Below are positions 28,847-38,000 of a stretch of 64,000 nt of DNA, in pieces. The DNA lies in the NCBI GenBank assembly GCA_000002445.1, contig CM000208.1:2336001-2400000 (forward strand). The letters run 5' to 3'. The first letter of the stretch is position 1. Every line of letters starts with the position of its first letter. Under the pieces are notes generated by a model that saw nothing but the letters and a program-made list of their open reading frames with translations, did no database searches and had not been told where the DNA came from. The position numbers were made by a program, and so were the translations under genes. This DNA is from Trypanosoma brucei (Eukaryota).

Positions 28847-30559
28847 ATGTATCACTACGAGTACGATGACGACCACTCAACCAACCTCTCGCAAGCAATT
28901 AACGCCAAGTTGATTACGCGTAGGGGTATAACAACAGACAGCCCAGATCCCATTACTCCGGTTTTTTCGTCGACCGCGCCAACTCGCTCATCAACTGGAC
29001 TAACGACTGAATGGATACGACATCAAAAGCTTAGCGGAAGGGCTGTACCCCCGACCCTTGATACTCTAAAGGGGACAGGTAGTGGAAGGAAATACAAGAG
29101 TGTCACAAATTCCCAAGAAAACAATGTGGACCCAAACAGCATTAACCGCGGCACTTTGCTAGTTAACTCATCCTACTCGGCACCTTCACCAAGATATAAC
29201 CACGTCTCTTCAGTGGTAAAAAAGCTGATAGAAGGGAGAATAACGCCCCAAGAGGCGCGTCGTGCAAGTTCCTCTCGTCGTGGCAGCTCACGAACCACCC
29301 GACTGGTTGCCAGTAGCCGATTCGCTCCTGCCGATAGGCCATCAAGCGCCCCGAAACGTCTTCCGATGGGCAGCGGTAGGACTGGTGGGCTGCTGCCACG
29401 TCTAAGAATATCGTCAACACCACACATACCCGTCCGCACGCAGCAATGGATCCCTTCAAACTCAGCAAAACCAGCGACGGCGGAATGCCAAAAAAACATA
29501 TCGCCACGAGGTCCGGCAACCACGCAGTCATCGGGCAGCTCACGAAGGTTAAACATGTATCAAAGGGTGCCACTATCACGACAATGCGACTCTTTTCCGA
29601 GGAAACCAACAACTGTGGAGGAAAAACCGAAGCCCCCTCAGCCATTGTTCAGTCGGGTTCCGAGATGTGCGGCGGATATTCCAGATCATCGGAAGCCCTC
29701 TCCACGACACGATGTACAGTCAAGAAGGCCGTACGTGCCGCAGTCAGGACGTGAGGTACCGAAAGCGCATAAGACACCACTCTCCAGGGCATCCAGTTCG
29801 CCGAAATACAACAGTGCCCGGAGGAGGTACGTGCAGGACAAACAAACCAACGAAACATCTACTATCAGCGGAAGGCAACGAGTTCCTGTGAGTGCAGTAG
29901 ATGTAGGAAGCAGGGAGAAGGCTAACGTCAGCGAAAGGCAACGAGTTCCTGTAAGTGCAGTAGATGTAGGAAGCAGGGAGAAGGCTAACGTCACTGAAAG
30001 GCAACGAGTTCCTGTGAGTGCAGTAGATGTAGGAAGCAGGGAGAAGGCTAACGTCACTGAAAGGCAACGAGTTCCTGTAAGTGCAGTAGATGTAGGAAGC
30101 AGGGAGAAGGCTAACGTCACTGAAAGGCAACGAGTTCCTGTGAGTGCAGTAGATGTAGGAAGCAGGGAGAAGGCTAACGTCAGCGAAAGGCAACGAGTTC
30201 CTGTAAGTGCAGTAGATGTAGGAAGCAGGGAGAAGGCTAACGTCACTGAAAGGCAACGAGTTCCTGTGAGTGCAGTAGATGTAGGAAGTAAGGAGCAAGA
30301 AGACGGACGAGTCACCGCAATTTCTTCGGACTCGAGAGGCGCATTAAGTCAGACAAAGGCGATGGAGACACAAAAAGTCGTCGATCCGTTGTCAACAAAA
30401 GATATAATTTCCCACGACGCGGCTGGTCGTCCCAAACATAAATCTCTTAATGGTGGTTTAGTGATACCACAGGTGGAGGGGATTAAGTCATTACTGCTTT
30501 TTGATATCAAACCACCGAAACTGAGCGAGACTGGCGCTGTTGCCGCCACTGTCGGTTGA
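28847..30559 (+). CDS. basic Ser/Pro/Arg-rich protein containing 7 tandem 21-aa repeats (ERQRVPVSAVDVGSREKANVS/T)
   Basis: ATG at 28847. The composition looks intrinsically disordered. A 63-nt tandem array lies in frame at 29866-30306. The minus-strand ORFs 29686..30315 and 29744..30298 are mirror artefacts of that array. Confidence 0.6.
   Translation: MYHYEYDDDHSTNLSQAINAKLITRRGITTDSPDPITPVFSSTAPTRSSTGLTTEWIRHQKLSGRAVPPTLDTLKGTGSGRKYKSVTNSQENNVDPNSINRGTLLVNSSYSAPSPRYNHVSSVVKKLIEGRITPQEARRASSSRRGSSRTTRLVASSRFAPADRPSSAPKRLPMGSGRTGGLLPRLRISSTPHIPVRTQQWIPSNSAKPATAECQKNISPRGPATTQSSGSSRRLNMYQRVPLSRQCDSFPRKPTTVEEKPKPPQPLFSRVPRCAADIPDHRKPSPRHDVQSRRPYVPQSGREVPKAHKTPLSRASSSPKYNSARRRYVQDKQTNETSTISGRQRVPVSAVDVGSREKANVSERQRVPVSAVDVGSREKANVTERQRVPVSAVDVGSREKANVTERQRVPVSAVDVGSREKANVTERQRVPVSAVDVGSREKANVSERQRVPVSAVDVGSREKANVTERQRVPVSAVDVGSKEQEDGRVTAISSDSRGALSQTKAMETQKVVDPLSTKDIISHDAAGRPKHKSLNGGLVIPQVEGIKSLLLFDIKPPKLSETGAVAATVG
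29866..30306 (+). repeat. 63-nt tandem repeat, 7 copies (last degenerate), near-identical, in frame within CDS 28847..30559
   Basis: Unit cagcgaaaggcaacgagttcctgt[g/a]agtgcagtagatgtaggaagcagggagaaggctaacgt begins at 29866, 29929, 29992, 30055, 30118, 30181 and 30244. The synonymous gtg/gta position alternates strictly between units, and agc/act recurs at units 1 and 5. Confidence 0.9.
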
Positions 30560-31121
30560 GAGCGTATGTGTTCCATTACATCTTGGTACGTGTCTTCCAA
30601 GTGTAGCGTTTGTGTGTAAACTTTGCATTCAGTTTGGCGCAGAGCAGTTCAGTTCTTCCTCACCAAGGCAATTAATTTTGGTGACAGTTGGCAGTGAGTC
30701 TGGAAAGGGGGGAGGAGTGATGGAAAATCTCGTGGAACCTCCCACGATAGTACCAAATGAGAAGTTGAAATTTATTTTTTGGATACGGTGGGCAGTCCTT
30801 CCGCCGCTTCAACGCATGTGTGCGTCATCATGTATATGTGTATATATGTATTTTATTCGTACGGCTCTCCTTACTCACCTACACGTTTTTTCCCCTTACC
30901 GCCATATTTTGTTTCACTGGCACTTAGGGATTTCGTTTCCCCCCTCAACTCGAGTGTAGGGGGCTGTTGTTATTTTTTCCGGTGTTGTCTATTTTTAATT
31001 TTTCTATATTTATTCTTTTTACACCCTTTTGTTTCCCTTCACTTTCCCTTTGAAGTATGGTTTCTTTGAGTTTGTTTAAACTGCTAAAGTTGAGGAACCA
31101 GTGCCCACTCTACCAAAGTGA

Positions 31122-32123
31122 ATGTGGCGTCCAGCTGAAGTGAACGCTAATATCGGCACCCCACCGCATAAAGTATCTTCAATACCCGGTTTGGACGCGG
31201 GATTGGCTCCACTATGTGCAACAATGTGGGCCGGTGGTTTGTGTCCAACAAGGGACGTGACATTGTGGGGATTCGGTGATGGTGATGGTGTGGGTGGGGA
31301 ACAGCAGTTGCGTAACGTACAGCAGCACAGCGGTCCTTCTCCCTGTGCTGTAAAGGAAGGAGACGAAGTGTTGATGTATGCTCGTCCGCTTCCTTCAACT
31401 GCGAATGAAGAAGAGGATGAAGATGGTGCCGTAAGATTCGCTCAGTGGTGCACTCCCATAGAGCGGAAACACGCCTCTGATGCCGGAGACTCCAGTCAGT
31501 GTAGCATGACCGGTCATAAGGCACGTGCAGCGCTGGCGATGAAACGACACCACGGCGACCCCGGTGCTCCGACAAAATTACCCGAAAGTAGGGCATGTAT
31601 TTTTAGTGATGCTGATGAACTTACTGTTCCGTTTGCTAAGCGGTATCGGTCTTTTCAGTTGCAGGGTGTGGATGATGGTGACTCTAACAAGGTGAACGGC
31701 AGTAGCGTGCTAACTCCCTGTGATTCGTCTAATCTATCCCACATTACGCCACTGGATGAGGGTGGAGAGTCGATTGACCTTGCGAACCACATGTCAGGTC
31801 TCATATTAGCGGCATCCCCAACCCCAAAGAAACTGGATTTTGTCACTCCTCTTGAAGATGGTGAAGTGCACACGGGGGACAATGGCACATTTAATGCTCA
31901 GGATGGGGAAAATAGGCCACTCAGCGCATGTAGCAGCACCCATCGCCCCCTTCGGGGGAAGAGATTTCTTGACGATTTGGACCCGAACGTGGGAGTTGCA
32001 ACATCCCACTTATCAACCTGTAAGTCAATCAGAGAAGGCTGCCGAAAGTGCCGGCGGGTGGATGCACCGGAGGGTTGTGGGGAGGAAAAACGGCAGCGCA
32101 CAACCGATTCAGTGCGAATGTAG
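31122..32123 (+). CDS. hypothetical protein (333 aa), low-complexity, coding status uncertain
   Basis: ATG ORF in the sense orientation between two supported genes. No motif found; Gly/Asp/Ser-rich. Confidence 0.35.
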   Translation: MWRPAEVNANIGTPPHKVSSIPGLDAGLAPLCATMWAGGLCPTRDVTLWGFGDGDGVGGEQQLRNVQQHSGPSPCAVKEGDEVLMYARPLPSTANEEEDEDGAVRFAQWCTPIERKHASDAGDSSQCSMTGHKARAALAMKRHHGDPGAPTKLPESRACIFSDADELTVPFAKRYRSFQLQGVDDGDSNKVNGSSVLTPCDSSNLSHITPLDEGGESIDLANHMSGLILAASPTPKKLDFVTPLEDGEVHTGDNGTFNAQDGENRPLSACSSTHRPLRGKRFLDDLDPNVGVATSHLSTCKSIREGCRKCRRVDAPEGCGEEKRQRTTDSVRM

Positions 32124-32925
32124 GGAGGCCAAATCTCTTTTTTTTTTTTTTTGTTAGGATTATGGGCGCTGTACTGTTAGTATAAGAAACAGGGATGAGA
32201 AAGGAAGAACACTATAAAGGGTGCTGTTGAGAAAATATCAGTTTAAATTCAGTTTTCAGTGTATGTGCGCGGTTTATCCGCGGGTGATCTTTCTTACTGA
32301 AGGCTCTCACTGCTTTTCCAATCTAGCTATTATTGCGCGTTCTTTTGTTTAGTTTTGCTAATGGATGTGTCCCTGGGGTTATCTGTACTAGTGAAGTTAT
32401 TCCACTTCGGGAGGCATAGCAGGTGGCGCTGCTTTTCCCCATCTTTTTTTGTACCGTTCCCTCCCCATGTGTTGGCGGCGAATGTGATGGTGTGTCAATT
32501 GTGCGCGGCTCACTTCTCCGCATCCCGCTTTCTTCACACGCATTCCATGTCACTGTACTTGTATTTACCTCTCGTTGTACTTCACTCTTTCTCAGTTTCG
32601 GACGGCAGTGTTGTGCAGTGCTCCCTCCTTGGTGAACCACTGGCTTTGCGCACGTCGAGGCCACGACCGTGTTAATTCTAGTGTCTCTTATCTTCTTTCG
32701 ATCCATTTCCGTCTATTCACTTTTTATTTCCGCATGACTAAAGAAGAAAACTTAGCCGATAATCAAGGGAGAGCCAACCGCAAAAAGGCAAGCAGGCATA
32801 CAACCGTTGTATTTTGTACCGGTAAATAACGGAGGGAAAAAGAAAGGAAATATAGGGAGGTTCAACCGAGAGAAACGAAGGAGAGAAAGAGGGGAAGTGA
32901 AGGAACAGTCTCGTGAATAAACAAC

Positions 32926-34152
32926 ATGGCAACCAAGATGGTGACACCTACGGCAACGGCTAGCGACACAGATAATCCTGTGAGCACATACTTTCTGCAA
33001 AAGATTCAGGAGCTACGGGCTCAGGAAAAACGATTGCAGGATAATTATATGCGGCTGGAGGCTCAACGAAATGAACTTAACAGGCGTGTACGACATCTGA
33101 AGGAAGAAGTGCAACTTCTGCAGGAAAGTGGATCTATAGTTGCCGATGTCGTGCGAGTGATGAGCAAAGGCAAAGTGTTGGTGAACGTCAGCTCCAGTCA
33201 AGGGAAGCTAGTCGTTGATGTGGAGAAAACCGTTAATATCGATGACCTCTCGCGCAATGTTCGCGTGGCGCTTCGAAGTGGCACGTTTGCAATTCACTAC
33301 ATTCTTCCCACCAAGGTGGATCCACTTGTTTCCCTTATGAAGGTTGAAAACGCTGGTAGCGAGTCAACTTACGATGAGATTGGCGGCCTCTCTCGCCAGG
33401 TGAAGGAGATCAAAGAAGTGATTGAGTTGTCCGTTAAGCATCCTGAGCTTTTTGAAGCGTTAGGTATTGCCCAACCAAAGGGTGTGCTATTGTATGGGCC
33501 TCCAGGCACTGGAAAAACATTATTGGCACGAGCAGTGGCACACCACACCGACTGCACCTTCATTCGCGTGAGTGGCGCTGAGTTGGTGCAAAAGTACATT
33601 GGGGAAGGTGCTAGGCTCGTTCGTGAATTGTTCGTTATGGCCCGCGAGCACAGCCCATCTATAATCTTTATGGATGAAATCGATTCTATCGGTTCAACCC
33701 GTTTGGAAAATACGGGTCGTGGAGGTGACAGCGAGGTGCAGCGCACCATGTTAGAGTTACTCAATCAGCTCGATGGATTTGAGTCTACCCAGTCTATCAA
33801 GGTGATTATGGCCACGAACCGTGTGGATATACTAGACGAGGCGCTGCTTCGCCCGGGTCGAATTGACCGAAAGATTGAGTTTCCTGCACCCGACGAGCCG
33901 GCAAGGTTTGAGATTTTAAAGATTCATTCGAGGAAAATGAACCTGACACGTGGGATCAATCTCAGGACCGTAGCCGAGAAAACAAACCAATGTTCCGGTG
34001 CGGAGCTAAAGGCAGTGTGTACAGAGGCAGGAATGTTTGCTCTCCGCGAGCGCCGTGTGCACATTACTCAAGAAGACTTTGAACTTGCAGTCGCCAAAAT
34101 CATGCATAAGGACCAAGACAAGAGCGTCTCACTCAAGAAGATGTGGAAATAG
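32926..34152 (+). CDS. RPT6: 26S proteasome regulatory ATPase subunit RPT6 (PSMC5/Sug1 orthologue)
   Basis: Near-colinear identity to RPT6 across the AAA domain: [32 protein letters not shown] (Walker A), [11 protein letters not shown] (Walker B), [44 protein letters not shown], and an RPT6-type C-terminal ...KKMWK. The N-terminal coiled coil is also present. Confidence 0.92.
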   Translation: MATKMVTPTATASDTDNPVSTYFLQKIQELRAQEKRLQDNYMRLEAQRNELNRRVRHLKEEVQLLQESGSIVADVVRVMSKGKVLVNVSSSQGKLVVDVEKTVNIDDLSRNVRVALRSGTFAIHYILPTKVDPLVSLMKVENAGSESTYDEIGGLSRQVKEIKEVIELSVKHPELFEALGIAQPKGVLLYGPPGTGKTLLARAVAHHTDCTFIRVSGAELVQKYIGEGARLVRELFVMAREHSPSIIFMDEIDSIGSTRLENTGRGGDSEVQRTMLELLNQLDGFESTQSIKVIMATNRVDILDEALLRPGRIDRKIEFPAPDEPARFEILKIHSRKMNLTRGINLRTVAEKTNQCSGAELKAVCTEAGMFALRERRVHITQEDFELAVAKIMHKDQDKSVSLKKMWK

Positions 34153-35051
34153 CATTGTTTGCGTAAGGAAAGGAATATTTTTTCAAAGAGTAAAAACAAA
34201 TGCAACAGAAAAGGAACTTGTCGAGGAGGAGGTGGGCCCCGAGCAGAACACCTTTTTTCTCCACTTTTTTTCCTTCTATGGGGGTGGAGTTCGTTAGTTT
34301 GCCACCTTCAACATTCTTTTTGCTGTTTTCCTTCACTCTGTATCCCCTCACGTCTCAGTTTTTGCGGAGGATCACTACTGCCTGTCTACCGAGAAGGAGG
34401 GGCACCAGTATGTTGGTATATGTGCAGTTGCATGGAGGGGAGGAAGTTAATGGTGGGCGCTACAAGGGTGAGAGGGTAAATTCTTTTTGCACTGCAGCGT
34501 CGGAGCGCCAAATTTCGGTACCGAGTAGAGAGGACAGCGAAATGCAACCGGAGTCGAGTCGCATCAATGTGCATCCACTCTTTATGCTTTTTCGATAGCC
34601 TGCGGGTTCATATGTCTCACAGCTTTTTGTTTCGTGAATTTTCGAGGATTGGTTTGCCACTTCTATGCCATTTTTTTTTTTTCGTTTAGCCTACTTCGCA
34701 TATAAGTGTGCATACGGAATGAGGTAATCATTCCTCTGTGTCGATGACAGACAACGCGGTCAGTGGTGTTGATATCTGTACAGGAACTGATGTTAGTGGT
34801 TTATCACACATGGGGTGACATACCTGTGATGTGCTCACTTAAGTATGTGCGTTTTCTTTTTCTCTTTTCCCTTTCATATTTGCACTTTCTTTTTGTATAT
34901 TGACGGCTGTGACGACCTCACACATTTTGGAGTGTACGGGTCAGCCTAGTGGAGCGTGGCGCTGGGCCAGGTAACGGAAGGAACGCGGGAAGGCATTCGA
35001 ACCCCATAAAACGCGACTGGTAGCGGCACTTAGTGGTTTTAGCTTAACACC

Positions 35052-38000
35052 ATGGACGAAGAAACCACATTTCCACCTCAACAACAAGGGAAAGCGCTGA
35101 TCTCAGAGCTACGGAGTGTAGTTAATGACTACAGAAATAGGAAAACCGTGGAGGCTCGCGAAAAAATTATAGCAGCGATGGACAACACTTGTGCCTCTCT
35201 CTGCTTTGGTGATGAGGGGTTCATCCGCAACTTGAACCCTTGCAGTTTGGCGTCTGCTTTAGTTGCTGTCCTAACAAGTACTCTCGCAACTGATTACCCG
35301 GAGGTCCAATGCCTCGCGGTGCAGGCGCTGGCACTTGTGGCAGATCTTGTGCCACGAGGTGGTTTTGCTGTTGTAGCTGCAAGGGGTGTACAACCACTCC
35401 TGCTCCTCCTAAAGGAGCTGGATGCGTCAGAAAGCACGACACTGGAGGAGTTGTTGAGGTGTTTGACAAATCTCGCTTTTGAGGCTCACGAGCAGTTAAT
35501 GCAACACCAGGCATTTTCTGTTATTGTTTCCATTGAAAGGCGATTGGAAACTCATCGACTGCGTATGATGTGCCTCAAGTGTCTGTCACATCTTCTCACA
35601 TTGACCTCACCGGAAGAATGGAACATATATCTGTCCAAACCGTGTAGCTCGTTGATGGCAACATTTCATGAGGCGGTGACAAGACTTATGAAAGATGATT
35701 GTGCAGGTGATCGTCTGTCAAAAGACGACGAGGCTTATCTGCTGCGACTCCTCGAGTGTGTTGCATTAACGTTTGATAGGGTGCTGTGTTCGGCGAAAAT
35801 GATCGACAGGAACAGCAGGATGGTAGAGCAGCTTGTTTCGTCTCTCGTAGTGGTTATTAATGGAGCTGCTTCCATGGGTTCGCGCGGCACCGCCCTGCGT
35901 AATGCTGCGTGTTCGCCCCTTCTTACCCTTCTGTTCACAGACCCGGCTGTTACAGTGAGGATATTTCTTAAATGCCACGTGTTAGATTCTATATACAGTA
36001 ACATTTCTGGGCTACTCGAAAAGAGGCCGAAACAGGCTTCTTACAATGGCGCAGCCGTGATCTCTGCTCTCATGGAAGAGGATCTGACGGCCGTGCCGAG
36101 CGTAGCTGAGGAACAAAAGGTCATTCCCCTGCTAGAGTTTCTTCTAGTAGTTATGCCACCCTCATGCACTGCAAGTGATTGCGATTATTACACCACCTTA
36201 CCACACTATATTTGGCAGTGGGAAGATGACTTTCATAACTGGTGTGACTGCACCGAAGACTTAAGCAAACGACTAGAGGGGGAGTACATAAAACAGCGGC
36301 GACTCTCAGGATACACAGTTTTTGAAGTTTCTAATGCAACATCTACACTGAAGATTAACTTTTCTACCATGCGATACAGAAGCAGCGAAAGCCTGCACTA
36401 CCCTCACAACATTAGCCGTCGTCCATCTATTGCCGGATATATTTACCGGCGACCCATACGATGCCAGTGCGACGTTAAAGTTACACCGAACTCTTCATTG
36501 CCCGTCGAGGTGGCGTTGGGCAGGTTGGTTTCTCTCGGGGCAGGCACCACGACGGTTCTCGACGGTGAACCCGCCGTGGTGTCGGCCGGGGTACCGACGG
36601 GAAATGCGCATAGCAACGAACAATCTTATTGTGAAAGTGCATCATATAGTTTTGGCAACATCGCTGCTCCCTCGTCTTCGAACCAACCTTCAAGGGGTCA
36701 CGGGGCACATAATGGTGGTGTTGTGGAGGAGCGTGGGAGCCATTGCTGTTGTGTCAGCGTTTTGAGGTCACTGTTTCGTAAGTTGAAGGGTTCAGGACGT
36801 TCAACCGCAGTTCCCGAGGCCGGAAAATATGGTGCAGGGTCAGCGCTTACATCCTACGAAGTACTCGACGATGTTAGAGTGGAGCTTCTGCGCTGTGCTG
36901 CAACTCGTTCCAATTTCTTGCAGGAGCGGATGATCTACAGAATAATCCAACAGTATCTTCCAATTCTTATGCGTGTTGTGGATAGCACAGCCAATCTTAT
37001 CATCGTACGCCACTGTTCAGTACTGATTTTGCGCTGCGTTGACTTGGTGATAGGTTACTTTCGCTCAGGTGGGAGGGACCAGGGTCAACCTACCAGGACT
37101 CTCTGGGGCTTGTTTTGTGCCTTGGGCCCAAGTCTTGCGACGTCATTGTCCTATCTGACAACTTCCAGCACGACTCACGGATCGCTGACGCTATCGGCAG
37201 CACCCTTCAGGGAATTCCGGTGCGGTAGTGCGTTTGTGCTCGCGTTGTCAGCTTTAGACGTGACAGTTGGAACCCGGTTACCAGCAATGAATCTTGCTTG
37301 TGAAACTCAGCTGACCTCATTGAGTGCCCTGATGATGCTTTGCAGTCTCTGCCCCATAGGCGTGAAGGCGCTGACGAAGCAGCAGTCGCTCGCGTTATTG
37401 TGGAAACTGGAAAGGATTACTGGTCCCGCTGAACGCAGTTCACAAGGTGGCGTCCACCTGTTGCTTGAAGGACATAGAGTCCCGCCGTGTCCCTTTCACA
37501 CGAAGGCACTGCAAATTGAGGAACTGCGCAGAACGCTGGTTCAGCAGCTTTGTTCGTTACTGTGGACAAATGCAAGGGCGGTAGATCAAATGTTGCCCTT
37601 CAAAAAATGTTGTTTGGACATATCTGGAGACGATCAACAGGATAGTCAGCTTGGGGATTCCGTCGCCATGGGTTCACCTGAGGGGAGTGTGTCACCGAGT
37701 GCCAGTTGCACGAGCCTCACGTATATTTCTTCCAGTGGCGATCTGGACGGTGACACACCGCGTTCTCGCAGCACTCAGGTGATTAAACGATTAACACGGA
37801 TCAATGAGTACATGAAAGAGCACAGTAATGATCTCCCCGTGTTCTTGTATGATCAGCCGGAGCTGCTGAAGGATCTCGCTAGTGCTTTGCGCAGTGCTGA
37901 TGTAAGGGAGGTGATTGGTTCAAAGATGAATGAGGTCTTTTCCCAACTGATAAAGAGTTTGCTCCGCACCATCTGCAAGTACACGGGAATTGGCAGACTA

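Noticed and set aside
29866-30306. Regular direct repeats that could superficially suggest a CRISPR-like array
   Set aside because: The units are contiguous with no spacers, lie in frame inside a eukaryotic protein-coding gene, and the genome context is kinetoplastid. This is a coding minisatellite.
29686-30315. Two long minus-strand ORFs (209 and 184 aa) with striking internal repeats (LLPTSTALTGTRCLSVTLAFS...)
   Set aside because: They are the reverse-complement reading of the 63-nt tandem array inside the + strand CDS 28847..30559. The periodicity is the same. They are opposite to the polycistronic direction and lack start context. I treat them as mirror artefacts.
34975-35010. Minus-strand GGTTCGAATGCC string resembling a tRNA B-box or T-loop
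   Set aside because: The flanking bases do not form a T-stem (53-61 would be G-G), and no acceptor or anticodon arms are recognisable. It sits 40 nt upstream of the HECT gene ATG. Chance match.
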